This document shows positions 8,740-18,855 of a stretch of 64,000 nucleotides of DNA, piece by piece. The stretch lies in contig CAVQRZ010000014.1 in the NCBI GenBank assembly GCA_963715335.1, forward strand, positions 170,968 to 234,967. Direction: 5' to 3'. Position 1 is the stretch's first letter, and each line of letters opens with the position of its first letter. Under the pieces are notes generated by a model that had not been told where the DNA came from, did not search any database, and worked only from the letters and a program-made list of their open reading frames with translations. This stretch comes from an uncultured delta proteobacterium (lineage in GTDB: Bacteria > Desulfobacterota > Desulfuromonadia > Desulfuromonadales > BM103). The translations under genes and the position numbers were made by a program.

Positions 8740-8848
8740 GCCCAACCATGTACTCAAGCGGATGGGTAGATACGTTGACGGTTCACGTCGAGGCTGCTGT
8801 TCAATGATTAGTGACCAGGCACAGCCAGCTTAGCCCGGCCCGTCAGGG
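8740..8848 (+). other. attC site (degenerate R' box)
   Basis: GCCCAAC-catgta-CTCAAGCGGA...GCCAGCTTAGC-ccggccc-GTCAGGG, 109 bp; sequence-related to the attC sites at 51098-51201 and 54387-54495. Confidence 0.8.
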
Positions 8849-8907
8849 CGATCCCCTCCGATAACTCACTCATTAACAGTTTGTAGCCACGGGGATACGT
8901 TCTTGCC

Positions 8908-9215
8908 ATGATCGAAATCCGCAAAACAGACATTTTCGTCACATAATTGGACGATTTGCGCGACATTTGTGCAAGGGCCCGCGTTCTGGCCAGAATAGAG
9001 CGGCTTGCTGCCGGAAACCCTGGCGACGACAAGCCTCTCTTTCCGAGGGAGTCCTGGAGTTGCTGATCGATTACGGATACCGTGTGTATCACAAAAAGCG
9101 TGGCCAGAAGTTGATTATGCTTCTGGCAGGAGGCGACATCGCTCGCGCCAAAGGAATGTCACAAGTCGCATGCGCCGCCGGTCTCTCCTGCGAGCCTTTA
9201 AGCGCTCTCAGGTGA
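8908..9215 (+). pseudogene. Eroded type II TA pair: RelE/ParE-like addiction-module killer fused by deletion to an HTH antidote fragment
   Basis: MIEIRKTDIFVT*LDDLRD..ARARVLARIERLAAGNPGD / frameshift / EGVLELLIDYGYRVY..RGQKLIMLLAGGD, then IARAKGMSQVA..AGLS. Confidence 0.85.
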
Positions 9216-9295
9216 ACTTCGCTCAATATCACTGTTGACAGGCCCGACAAGTGTTCCTGGCGGGCCTTTTTAAATGTGAGATAGGCTCGCAGCTA

Positions 9296-11728
9296 TCAGA
9301 ACACGATCTTGTAGACATCGTTAAAGGTCCTGACAAAGTGAACCTCCAGCCCTTCCTTAAGGTAGTCCGGCAGTTCTTCGTAATCTCTGCGGTTGTCCTC
9401 CGGGAAGACCAGGATCTTGAGCCTTGACCGGCGCGCCGCGATGGTCTTTTCCTTGAGCCCGCCGATCGCCAGGACGCGCCCGGTCAAGGTCAGTTCGCCG
9501 GTCATGCCGAGGCGTTTTTTCACGGTTTTCCCACTGATCATCGAAACCAGGGCGGTGGCCATGGTAATGCCTGCCGAAGGACCGTCTTTCGGGGTGGCCC
9601 CCGCCGGAACGTGCAAGTGAATAAAATGCTCGTCGAAGAATTCCGGATCGCCGCCGAAGTCGGTAATGTGGGCCATGACGTAGGAATAGGCGATCTCCGA
9701 GCTCTCGATCATCACATTGCCGAGCTGGCCGGTCTGCTTGAACCCCTTGCTCTTGGCAATCATGGCGGTTGCCTCGATCTGCAGGGTTACGCCGCCGAGG
9801 CTGGTCCAGGCCAGACCGGTGACCACTCCGGGGACTCCCTCGAAAATCTCGTCGGCGGCAAAGACCGGCTTCTGGAGATAATTCTCCAGTTCATGTGTGC
9901 CGATGGTCAACTTCTCCAGGCTGTCATTTTCGGCAAACTGCATGGCTGCGCGGCGCATTATTTTCTTGATCTGCTTCTCCAGATTGCGGACACCGGCTTC
10001 CCGGGCGTAACCATCAATGATTTGTTTGAGCGCGGCTTTACGAATCGAAATATGGTTGCGTACCAGTCCGTGTGTGCCAAGGGCTTTAGGAATCAGGTAG
10101 CGCTTGGCAATTTCAAGTTTCTCCTCGAGGATATAGCCTGAAAGACGGATCATCTCCATCCGGTCGAGGAGGGGCCGGGGGATGGTGTCCAGCTGGTTGG
10201 CCGTGGCAATGAAGAGTACGTTGGAGAGATCGAAAGGGACGTCGAGGTAGTGATCACGGAAGCTGCCATTCTGTTCCGGGTCCAGGACCTCAAGCAGCGC
10301 CGAGGCAGGGTCGCCCTGGAAGGAAGCACCGATCTTGTCAATCTCGTCGAGCATGATGACCGGATTGGCGGTGCCGACAGTTTTCATGGCCTGGATGAAC
10401 TTGCCCGGCATAGCACCGATGTAAGTGCGGCGGTGCCCTTTAATCTCAGCCTCGTCACGCATGCCGCCCAACGAGAAACGAAAGAACTCCCGACCGAGGG
10501 CATTGGCGATGCTGTGGCCGATTGAGGTTTTGCCGACCCCGGGGGGGCCGACCAGGCAGAGAATCGACCCGGAAATGTCGCCTTTCATCTTGCCGACGGC
10601 GATGAACTCGAGAATCCGCTCCTTGACGTCCTTGAGACCGTAATGGTCGCGGTCGAGTATCCTCCTCGCCCGGGCGATATTGTACGAATCCTTGCTGAAG
10701 AGGCCCCAGGGCAGGATCGTTAGCCAGTCGAGGTAGCTGCGGCTGACATTGTACTCGGGTGATGATGGTTCAATCAGCTGCAGCTTCTCCAGCTCGTCTT
10801 CAACGGCCCGCTCTGCTTCCTCGTTCAACCGAAGCTTTTTAAGCCGTTTACGGAATTTCTCGATTTCCGTGACTTTGCCCTCTTTTTCCAGCCCCAGCTC
10901 CTGCTTGATTGCCTTGAACTGCTCGCGCAGGAAGAATTCGCGCTGCTGGGCGGAAATCTTCTCTTCGATCTGCTTGGAGATCTTGGTTTGCAGGCGCGAC
11001 ACCTCCAGCTCCTTCTTGAGCAGGACGAGCACCTTGTCGATGCGTTTGCGGACATCAAAAGTGGCCAGGATGTCCTGCAGCTGCTGACCATCTGAATTGG
11101 TCAGGTTTGCAGCGAAATCGGCCAGGCGACCCGGGTCGTCGAGACTGGAACGGTTCAGAAAGAGCTTGATCTCCTCGCTGTAGAGCGGGTTGATCTGGAC
11201 AAGTTCCTTGAGCGTGGAAAGGATCGCCATCGAATAGGCGCGCAGCTCCGGGTTGACCGAAAGCTCGGTGGCGAAGTGGTAGCGTACCCGCGCATATATC
11301 GTCAGCCCGCGCGCCTGGATCTCTTCGATCTCAAAACGTTCCATGCTGTTGACCAGGATATGTGCTGCGTTCTTCTCGGTGTGGAGGACCTTGATGATTT
11401 TTGCGGCGACGCCGACCTTGTGCAGGTTCTCAATGCCGTCATCACCATCAAGCTCTCTGACCATGACCAGGCCGATCGACTGGGCCTGGTGCTCCATGGC
11501 CTGATGCATTGCCGCCACCTGCGCCTGGCCGTTGAGAACCAGGGGGATCATGATGCCGGGGAAGGCCGGTCGCGGGCGCAGCGGTATGATCGGCAATCCG
11601 GTCGGCAGGACCTCCGAGGCCACCACCAAGCCCCCCTCGCTGGCGTGCTCCTCGATAATTTCATTCATTTTGTCGTGATCGATTTCAAAATCTGACATCA
11701 TATCCTCAAATTCATTCTCATCGTGCAT
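9296..11728 (-). CDS. lon: ATP-dependent Lon protease
   Basis: GPPGVGKT, RRTYIGAMPG, PKDGPSAG catalytic Ser, GGLKEK; start inferred from GGAG RBS. Confidence 0.96.
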   Translation of the reverse strand: MHDENEFEDMMSDFEIDHDKMNEIIEEHASEGGLVVASEVLPTGLPIIPLRPRPAFPGIMIPLVLNGQAQVAAMHQAMEHQAQSIGLVMVRELDGDDGIENLHKVGVAAKIIKVLHTEKNAAHILVNSMERFEIEEIQARGLTIYARVRYHFATELSVNPELRAYSMAILSTLKELVQINPLYSEEIKLFLNRSSLDDPGRLADFAANLTNSDGQQLQDILATFDVRKRIDKVLVLLKKELEVSRLQTKISKQIEEKISAQQREFFLREQFKAIKQELGLEKEGKVTEIEKFRKRLKKLRLNEEAERAVEDELEKLQLIEPSSPEYNVSRSYLDWLTILPWGLFSKDSYNIARARRILDRDHYGLKDVKERILEFIAVGKMKGDISGSILCLVGPPGVGKTSIGHSIANALGREFFRFSLGGMRDEAEIKGHRRTYIGAMPGKFIQAMKTVGTANPVIMLDEIDKIGASFQGDPASALLEVLDPEQNGSFRDHYLDVPFDLSNVLFIATANQLDTIPRPLLDRMEMIRLSGYILEEKLEIAKRYLIPKALGTHGLVRNHISIRKAALKQIIDGYAREAGVRNLEKQIKKIMRRAAMQFAENDSLEKLTIGTHELENYLQKPVFAADEIFEGVPGVVTGLAWTSLGGVTLQIEATAMIAKSKGFKQTGQLGNVMIESSEIAYSYVMAHITDFGGDPEFFDEHFIHLHVPAGATPKDGPSAGITMATALVSMISGKTVKKRLGMTGELTLTGRVLAIGGLKEKTIAARRSRLKILVFPEDNRRDYEELPDYLKEGLEVHFVRTFNDVYKIVF

Positions 11729-11910
11729 GGATGCAGCTCCCCATCGCAAAGATAAATCCTTAGAAAAGCTAATCATTTCAGGTCGTATTGTCAACCACGT
11801 CTTGGCGAGTTAATGGTCATATTTAGTTTGGCCGGGATTTTCTTCTCCTTTGCCTCCAGGTCATCTTGTGAAATAATGCCCGCCACCTGACCCTGAAGGA
11901 GCATCGCCAT

Positions 11911-14586
11911 ATGCCTGCCCAGCCCCACAGGATTTTCCTGATCGACGGCTCGAGTTATATCTACCGCGCCTACTATGCCATTCGTCATCTGAGTAATTCG
12001 CAGGGGATGGCCACCAACGCCATCTACGGCTTCACCAATATGCTGCTCAAAGTGATGCGCGACCTGAAACCGGATCAACTGGCGGTGATTTTCGACAGCA
12101 AGGGGCCGACCTTCCGTAAAGACCTCTATCCCGACTACAAGGCCAACCGGTCGGCGATGCCTGAAGACCTGGTGACACAGATCCCTTATATCAAGAGGGT
12201 GGTGGAGGCCTTCGGCCTGCCGGGTATCGAAATGCCCGGTTACGAAGCAGATGATATTATCGCCACCCTGGCGAAGAAGTTCGCCGCCCAGGGGATGGAA
12301 GTCACCGTGGTGACCGGAGACAAAGACCTGATGCAGATCGTCAGCGATCGCGTTCACCTGCTCGACACCATGAAGGACAAGATCTACGGTCCCGCTGAAG
12401 TCACCGAGCGTTTTGGCGGCGCGGACAAGGTGGTTGAGGTCCAGGCCCTGTCGGGGGACAGCTCCGATAATATCCCCGGCGTCCCCGGGATCGGCGAGAA
12501 AACCGCAAAAATGCTGATCGACGAGTACGGTGATGTCGAGACGCTGCTCGCCAACCTTGATCAACTCAAGGGCAAGCGTCGTGAGAACCTGGAGAACTTT
12601 GCCGATCTGGCGAGGCTGTCCAAGAAACTGGTGACGCTGGTTGATAATCTTGACCTGGCGGTTGATGATCATGACTTTACCCTGACCGAGCCAGACCGTG
12701 AAGCCTTGACGAATCTTTTCAAGGAGTGTGAGTTTTACAAGCTTCTCCAGGAGTTTGCCGTTGACACAAAGGATCGCGCTGAAAGCGCAGGCTACCGGGC
12801 GGTCTTATCGGAATCCGGACTTGCAGAACTGGTCACAGCGCTTGAAGGCTCGCAGCGGTTCGCTTTTGACACGGAAACCACCAGCCTGGATGCCATGCGT
12901 GCCGAACTGGTGGGGTTTTCCTTTGCCGTGACCGCGGGTGAGGCCTGGTACGTCCCGGTCGGGCACCACTACCTCGGGATGCCTGAGCAGCTGCCGCTCG
13001 CCAGGGTCCTCGATGCAGTCAGACCGCTGCTCGCTTCGCCCCACCACCTGAAGATCGGACAGAACCTCAAATACGATATCCTGGTCCTGGCGCGCGCCGG
13101 CGTCGAAGTCAGCGGCCCGATCTATGACACTATGCTGGCCAGCTACCTGGCCAATCCGGCCGCCCGATCACACGGCATGGACAACCTCGCCGCCGAGCTG
13201 CTCAACTACCATACCATCAGCTACAGTGAGGTCGCCGGCAGCGGCAAGAAGCAGATCAGGTTCGACGAGGTCGAGGTTGAAAAGGCGACCAATTATGCCG
13301 CCGAGGACGCCGACATTACTCTGCGCCTTTACGAAAAACTTGTGCCGATGGTGACCGCGCAAGAGCAGGACCGCCTGTTCAACGACGTGGAGATGCCTCT
13401 GCTGCAGATCCTGGTCGAAATGGAGCAGGCCGGCATTCGCATTAACCCGGAGTTCCTCGGTGGGCTTTCCGCCGAAATGGAGAAGAAACTTGCCGTCCTC
13501 GAGGCTGATATCCACCAGCTGGCCGGCGGCCCTTTCAATATCGGTTCGCCGAAACAGCTCGGCGAAGTGCTCTTTGAGGATCTTGGCCTGCCCAAGGGCA
13601 AGAAGACCAAGACCGGCTGGTCGACCGACGTGGAGGTGCTGAATAATCTCGCCGAGGAACACGAGATAGCCGCGAAGATCCTCGATTATCGTTCGCTGAT
13701 GAAATTGAAAGGGACATACACCGACGCGCTGCCGAAACTGATCCATCCCGAAACAGGCCGTATCCACACCAGCTTCAACCAGGCGGTGACGGCCACCGGC
13801 AGGCTCTCATCGAGTGATCCCAACCTGCAGAACATCCCGATCCGCACCGAGGAAGGCCGGCGTATCCGCGAGGGGTTCATCCCGTCCGATGGCTGTGTCC
13901 TGCTGTCGGCCGATTACTCGCAGGTTGAATTGCGCATCCTCGCCCATATGGCCGATGAACCGGCGCTCAAGGAGGCCTTTGCCCGTGGCGAGGATATCCA
14001 TCGCAGCACGGCCAGCGAGGTCCTTGGCCTTTTCCCCGAGATGGTGACCGACGAACAGCGGCGCGCGGCCAAGGCGATCAATTTCGGTGTTGTCTACGGG
14101 ATCAGCGCCTTCGGTCTGGCCAAGCAGCTTGGCATCAACCGGCGCGAAGCGCAGCAGTTCATCGATACCTACTTTGAACGCTATCCCGGTATCCGCACTT
14201 TCATGGACGCCTGTATCGCCCAAGCCCGCGAAAGGCTGTACGTCACGACCCTGCTCGGCAGACGCTGTGCGATCCCGGAAATCAACAGCAAAAACGGTGC
14301 GGTGAGAGGCTACGCGGAACGCAACGCCATCAACTACCCGGTACAGGGCTCGGCTGCCGACATCATCAAGCTTGCCATGGTCAAGATTGCTGCCAGTCTT
14401 GCCGGTGAAGGGCTGCAAACCCGTATGCTTCTGCAGGTGCATGATGAACTGGTCTTCGACGTCCCGCAGGCCGAACTCGCAAGGGTCTCGGCGCTTGTCA
14501 AAACAGAGATGGAAGGGGCTGTCGACCTGACCGTGCCGCTTCTCGTCGAAGTTGGCAGCGGTCGCAATTGGCGCGAGGCGCATTAA
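11911..14586 (+). CDS. polA: DNA polymerase I
   Basis: 5'-3' exonuclease (LIDGSSYIYRAY), 3'-5' exonuclease (FDTETT), and polymerase motifs DYSQVELR, KAINFGVVYG, QVHDEL. Confidence 0.98.
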   Translation: MPAQPHRIFLIDGSSYIYRAYYAIRHLSNSQGMATNAIYGFTNMLLKVMRDLKPDQLAVIFDSKGPTFRKDLYPDYKANRSAMPEDLVTQIPYIKRVVEAFGLPGIEMPGYEADDIIATLAKKFAAQGMEVTVVTGDKDLMQIVSDRVHLLDTMKDKIYGPAEVTERFGGADKVVEVQALSGDSSDNIPGVPGIGEKTAKMLIDEYGDVETLLANLDQLKGKRRENLENFADLARLSKKLVTLVDNLDLAVDDHDFTLTEPDREALTNLFKECEFYKLLQEFAVDTKDRAESAGYRAVLSESGLAELVTALEGSQRFAFDTETTSLDAMRAELVGFSFAVTAGEAWYVPVGHHYLGMPEQLPLARVLDAVRPLLASPHHLKIGQNLKYDILVLARAGVEVSGPIYDTMLASYLANPAARSHGMDNLAAELLNYHTISYSEVAGSGKKQIRFDEVEVEKATNYAAEDADITLRLYEKLVPMVTAQEQDRLFNDVEMPLLQILVEMEQAGIRINPEFLGGLSAEMEKKLAVLEADIHQLAGGPFNIGSPKQLGEVLFEDLGLPKGKKTKTGWSTDVEVLNNLAEEHEIAAKILDYRSLMKLKGTYTDALPKLIHPETGRIHTSFNQAVTATGRLSSSDPNLQNIPIRTEEGRRIREGFIPSDGCVLLSADYSQVELRILAHMADEPALKEAFARGEDIHRSTASEVLGLFPEMVTDEQRRAAKAINFGVVYGISAFGLAKQLGINRREAQQFIDTYFERYPGIRTFMDACIAQARERLYVTTLLGRRCAIPEINSKNGAVRGYAERNAINYPVQGSAADIIKLAMVKIAASLAGEGLQTRMLLQVHDELVFDVPQAELARVSALVKTEMEGAVDLTVPLLVEVGSGRNWREAH

Positions 14587-14689
14587 GCTGCTGCGGAAAC
14601 TTGACAAAAATGCCAATAACGGTGATGCTTGCCAACATCTGTCAGATGAATGGTCTGGCTAATAATTAGGGTTCTAGGGAGGTAAAACA

Positions 14690-15612
14690 ATGAAACATTT
14701 GCGTTTGCTACTGTGTGTCTTGGTTGCTCTGCTGTTATTTTCCGGCTCGGTTTTTGCCTATTTGCAACCGAACGTCAATCTCGGTTTTACGAGTTTCCTT
14801 GATGGTGGGCCACCTGCCGGTCCCGGACATTATCTCTCTGAATACCTGCAGTTCTATACTGCGGACAATCTGAAGGATTGGCCCTCCAGGTTGATGTTGA
14901 TGTGGATGTCTGGATTCTGATGAACCAGTATGATCTATCAGTCTGATCAGGCCGCTTCTGTTCGGTGGCAAATGGGGTATGAATGTTATGCTGCCGATTG
15001 TTGTCCTTGATATGGGAAGTAATCTCGCTTGTCTTGAAGATAATGGTACCGGACTTGGTGACCTTCTCGATTGGCCCTTACCTTCAGTGGGACCCGATCA
15101 TGGGAGCCAACGGACCTTTGATGCTCAACCGTATCGAATTGCAGACCATTTTTCCGACCGGTAAGTATGATAATGAAAAAGCTCTCAACCCGGGGAGCAA
15201 TCACTTCTCCTTTAACCCTTACTGGGCTGCGACTGTTTTCCTTGGCCCAAAGGCAACAGTCTCTTGGCGTCTACACTATCTTTGGAATGATAAGAATGAT
15301 GATTACGGACCCGCTAGTGTTGATCTTGAGCCAGGCGAAGCTGTACACGCAAATTTCTCCGCTGCCTACGAAGTTCTGCCTAAGCAATTACGTCTAGGTA
15401 TCAACGGCTATTGGTTTGACCAGATTTCAGATACCGAGGTTGCCGGAGACAAAGAGAAGGGCATGGAAGAGAAGGTCTTTGCCATCGGGCCCGGCGCCGT
15501 CTGGCACTTTTCCCAGGATACACATCTGTTTGTCAACGCCTACTTCGAAAGTGACGCGGAGAGTCGCCCCGAAGGTGAGCGTTACAACCTGAGGTTCGTG
15601 CATCACTTCTAG
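14690..15612 (+). CDS. SphA / MetA-pathway-of-phenol-degradation family outer-membrane transporter, interrupted by about 4 frameshifts
   Basis: Signal peptide, [37 protein letters not shown]-terminal RFVHHF; frame changes between about 14880 and 15070. Confidence 0.75.
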
Positions 15613-15639
15613 GCATCATCTGGGTTACAAATGTTTCCC

Positions 15640-15673
15640 CAAGGCCACCCGATCTCGGGTGGCCTTGTTTTTT
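15640..15673 (+). terminator. Rho-independent terminator
   Basis: CAAGGCCACCCG-ATCT-CGGGTGGCCTTG followed by a T run. Confidence 0.85.
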
Positions 15674-15691
15674 GACAAGAAAGACTGGTTT

Positions 15692-15800
15692 AACACAGAG
15701 ACGCAAAGAACGCAGAGAACTTAATTATATGCTTAACACCTTGCAAGGACAGAGCGAGCAGGTTTTATGGGAGCCTTCTGCTCTTTGCGCTCTTTGCGTT
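15692..15800. repeat. Short inverted element with internally periodic (8-9 nt) arms
   Basis: AACACAGAGACGCAAAGAACGCAGAGAA ... TTCTGCTCTTTGCGCTCTTTGCGTT. Confidence 0.7.
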
Positions 15801-15902
15801 GACATTGCTATGCCTGTTTTCTCCGGCTGTGACGCAAATCTTGCCACGGTCAGCCAATCGTGGCATGATGCCCGCCGCTGAAAACTTATACAGGATGTGT
15901 TG

Positions 15903-16163
15903 ATGGTTAAAGAGAACGACTTCGTCGCTATATTCCATTCGATCCACCGGGTTCTCAAGGCCGAGAAAATTCTCAAGTCTGCGAAGGTCGATTTTCTGTT
16001 GATTCCGGTTCCCCGGCAGCTGAACTCAGACTGCGGCCTTGCCTTGCGTTTCTCGCCTGAAGTCAGAGATGAACTGCTGGCGGTGCTTGCCGACGAAAAC
16101 CTCCCGCCGGTTGAATTGCACCAACGCAAAGCAGGGGCCTACCTGGCGGTTGAACCCGGTTGA
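15903..16163 (+). CDS. DUF3343 family protein
   Basis: FHSIHRVLKAEK...LIPVPRQLNSDCGLALR. Confidence 0.85.
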   Translation: MVKENDFVAIFHSIHRVLKAEKILKSAKVDFLLIPVPRQLNSDCGLALRFSPEVRDELLAVLADENLPPVELHQRKAGAYLAVEPG

Positions 16164-16202
16164 GTGATGCAGCGGCGGAGCCGCAAGGTACCCGGTTTTC
16201 GC

Positions 16203-16232
16203 TTGACAAAGTCATTACGGGTTCACTAAAGT
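16203..16232 (+). promoter_or_regulatory. Putative sigma70 promoter of the ffh operon
   Basis: TTGACA-18nt-TAAAGT. Confidence 0.45.
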
Positions 16233-16278
16233 GCAACATTTGTCCATACTGGAATCCGGGCAATAGAGTGACGGGCAG

Positions 16279-17628
16279 ATGTTTGACACCTTAACCGAGA
16301 AATTTGACAAAGTTTTCAAGCAGTTGCGCGGACGTGGGCGCCTCTCCGAAGAGAACATCCAGCAGGCCCTGCGCGAAGTGCGATTGGCACTTCTGGAAGC
16401 GGATGTCAATTTCAAGGTTGTCAAGGATTTCGTGGCTGCGGTTCGTGACCGTGCGGTCGGTCATGATGTCCTGGAGAGTTTGACCCCGGGTCAACAGGTC
16501 ATCCAGATCGTGCGTGACGAACTGGGCCGGTTGATGGGCGGGTCGGAAAATAACCAGCTTGATTTGGACGCCCGTCCGCCGGTGCCGATCATGCTCTGCG
16601 GCCTGCAGGGCGCGGGCAAGACCACAACCTGCGGCAAACTGGCCCTCAAGCTGCGCCGGGAAAAGCGTAATCCGCTACTGGTCCCGGCCGACGTCTATCG
16701 GCCTGCTGCGATAGAACAGCTGAAAACCCTCGGTCGTCAGATCGATGTCCCGGTGTTCGACAGCCGGGCCGATCAGGACCCGGTTGAGATTTGCCGTCAG
16801 GCCCTCGCGTTTGCCGACCGGCAGGGTTACGATACACTGATACTTGATACCGCCGGCCGCCTGCATATCGATGATACGCTGATGCAGGAGCTGGAGAGGA
16901 TTTGCTCCAGCGTGGAGCCGCGAGAAATCCTGCTGGTGGCAGATGCCATGACCGGCCAGGACGCGGTCAACGTGGCCAGCTCTTTCAACGAGCGACTTGG
17001 CCTGACCGGGGTCATTTTGACCAAGCTGGATGGCGATGCCCGCGGTGGTGCCGCCCTGTCGATACGGGCAGTCACGGGCAAGCCGATCAAGCTGGTCGGC
17101 ATGGGAGAAAAGCTGGAGGCCCTGGAGTCCTTCCATCCCGAAAGGATGGCCCAGCGGATTCTGGGTATGGGAGATGTCCTCTCCCTGATCGAGAAGGCCG
17201 AAGCCGCTTTTGATGAAAAGGAAGCCGCCAACCTGGAGCAGCGTCTCCGTGATGACGGTTTCACCCTGGAGACCTTCAAGGAACAGCTCAAGACGATCAA
17301 GAAGATGGGATCGATGGAGTCGATGCTGTCACTGATTCCGGGGGCGGGCAAAGCGCTCAAGAAGATGAATGGGATGCAGCTCCCCGACGATGAGCTGAAA
17401 AAGATCGAGGCGATCATCAACTCGATGACGCTCAAGGAACGACGCAATCACAAGATCATCAACGGTTCGAGGCGGTTGCGTATCGCCAATGGCAGCGGCA
17501 CGAGGGTGCAGGACGTCAATCAGCTGCTGAAAAGATTCACCGAAGCCCAGAAAATGATGAAAAAAATGCAGAAGATGGGTCCCAAAGGTATCCGCAGCAT
17601 GATGGGTCCCGGGGGCTTTCCGATGTAA
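16279..17628 (+). CDS. ffh: Signal recognition particle protein
   Basis: GLQGAGKTT, DTAGR, TKLDGDARGG, Met-rich M domain. Confidence 0.98.
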   Translation: MFDTLTEKFDKVFKQLRGRGRLSEENIQQALREVRLALLEADVNFKVVKDFVAAVRDRAVGHDVLESLTPGQQVIQIVRDELGRLMGGSENNQLDLDARPPVPIMLCGLQGAGKTTTCGKLALKLRREKRNPLLVPADVYRPAAIEQLKTLGRQIDVPVFDSRADQDPVEICRQALAFADRQGYDTLILDTAGRLHIDDTLMQELERICSSVEPREILLVADAMTGQDAVNVASSFNERLGLTGVILTKLDGDARGGAALSIRAVTGKPIKLVGMGEKLEALESFHPERMAQRILGMGDVLSLIEKAEAAFDEKEAANLEQRLRDDGFTLETFKEQLKTIKKMGSMESMLSLIPGAGKALKKMNGMQLPDDELKKIEAIINSMTLKERRNHKIINGSRRLRIANGSGTRVQDVNQLLKRFTEAQKMMKKMQKMGPKGIRSMMGPGGFPM

Positions 17629-17735
17629 GCAACTGCCCGATCCGGTGTCGGATCGGCATGACACGTAAATAAACAATCACACAGGGGTTCCCCTCTAAAT
17701 TAACAAGAGTCACAAGCTCAGGAGGAAAGAAGTCA

Positions 17736-17996
17736 ATGGCAGTAAAAATCAGGCTGGCCCGCGGTGGCGCCAAGAAGAAAGCTTTTTACCAGGTTGTTGT
17801 TGCGGACGAGCGGTTCCCCCGTGACGGCCGTTTTATTGAAAAACTGGGGCAATACGATCCGAAGCAGGATCCCCCAATATTCAACGTTGTTGAAGAGCGG
17901 ACCCTTGAGTGGCTGAACAAAGGTGCTCAGCCGACCGACACGGTTCGTCAGTTGCTGCGCAAGCAGGGGATCTGGGCCAAGTTCAAGCAGGCTTAA
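17736..17996 (+). CDS. rpsP: 30S ribosomal protein S16
   Basis: [35 protein letters not shown]. Confidence 0.98.
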   Translation: MAVKIRLARGGAKKKAFYQVVVADERFPRDGRFIEKLGQYDPKQDPPIFNVVEERTLEWLNKGAQPTDTVRQLLRKQGIWAKFKQA

Positions 17997-18055
17997 ATCC
18001 CTGAGCTTTTGCGGCGCCCGAGGAAGTTGACTCCTGTCAACAAAGGAAGGACGCC

Positions 18056-18289
18056 ATGAAAGAGCTCATCGAATTCATCGCCAAAGCTCTGGTGGACAAT
18101 CCGGACGCGATCACCGTCACTGAAGAGGTGGACGTCGGCGGTACGGTTCTCGTCAAGCTGGCTGCTGCCCAGGAGGACATGGGACGCATCATCGGCAAGC
18201 AGGGGCGAACGGCCAAGGCCATGCGTACCCTGCTGAACGCCAAGGCGACACGCGAGAACAAGAGAGCTGTGCTGCAGATCCTGGAATGA
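18056..18289 (+). CDS. khpA: KH-domain RNA-binding protein (KhpA/YlqC family)
   Basis: DMGRIIGKQGRTAKAMR; conserved position between rpsP and rimM. Confidence 0.9.
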   Translation: MKELIEFIAKALVDNPDAITVTEEVDVGGTVLVKLAAAQEDMGRIIGKQGRTAKAMRTLLNAKATRENKRAVLQILE

Positions 18290-18828
18290 TGAAAGACAAG
18301 TCGGAAGATTTGCTGGAAGTGGGTGTCGTCGTCGGCACTCACGGTCTCAAGGGCGACCTGAAAATTCGACCATTGCCGACCGGGGGCTTGGCTTTGCCGG
18401 GTGCCCGAACGGTTTATCTCAGAGACAGCGAGGGCCTCCTGGTCCGACACGAAGCTGTCCGCTCCTCTCCCCATAAGCAGAATATCCTGTTGAGGCTCTC
18501 CGGATTGGAGAACCTCATCGCAGTGCAAGGCCTGGTCGGGGCATACGTGCTGATGGCTAACGTCGACCTTCCGGAATTGGAGGATGACCAGTTCTACTGG
18601 TCCGAACTGGAAGGCATGACCGTGGTCGATCGTCAGCACGGCGAGATCGGTCAGGTCGTCGGCATGTTCAGCACTCCGGCACACGATATTATTGAAATCG
18701 AGGGCCCGGCAGGAGAAATCCTGGTCCCGGCTGTCGAGCCTTTCCTGGTGGAGCTTGATCGCGACAAGCAGCGTCTGCATGTTGATCTGCCGGAAGGGCT
18801 GATCCCGGATGCTGATGACAGTCTCTGA
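18286..18828 (+). CDS. rimM: 16S rRNA processing protein RimM
   Basis: VGTHGLKG, FYWSELEG, PRC barrel. Confidence 0.95.
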   Translation: MMKDKSEDLLEVGVVVGTHGLKGDLKIRPLPTGGLALPGARTVYLRDSEGLLVRHEAVRSSPHKQNILLRLSGLENLIAVQGLVGAYVLMANVDLPELEDDQFYWSELEGMTVVDRQHGEIGQVVGMFSTPAHDIIEIEGPAGEILVPAVEPFLVELDRDKQRLHVDLPEGLIPDADDSL

Positions 18829-18855
18829 TGTCTAAGTCGACGAATCGAAAACATG

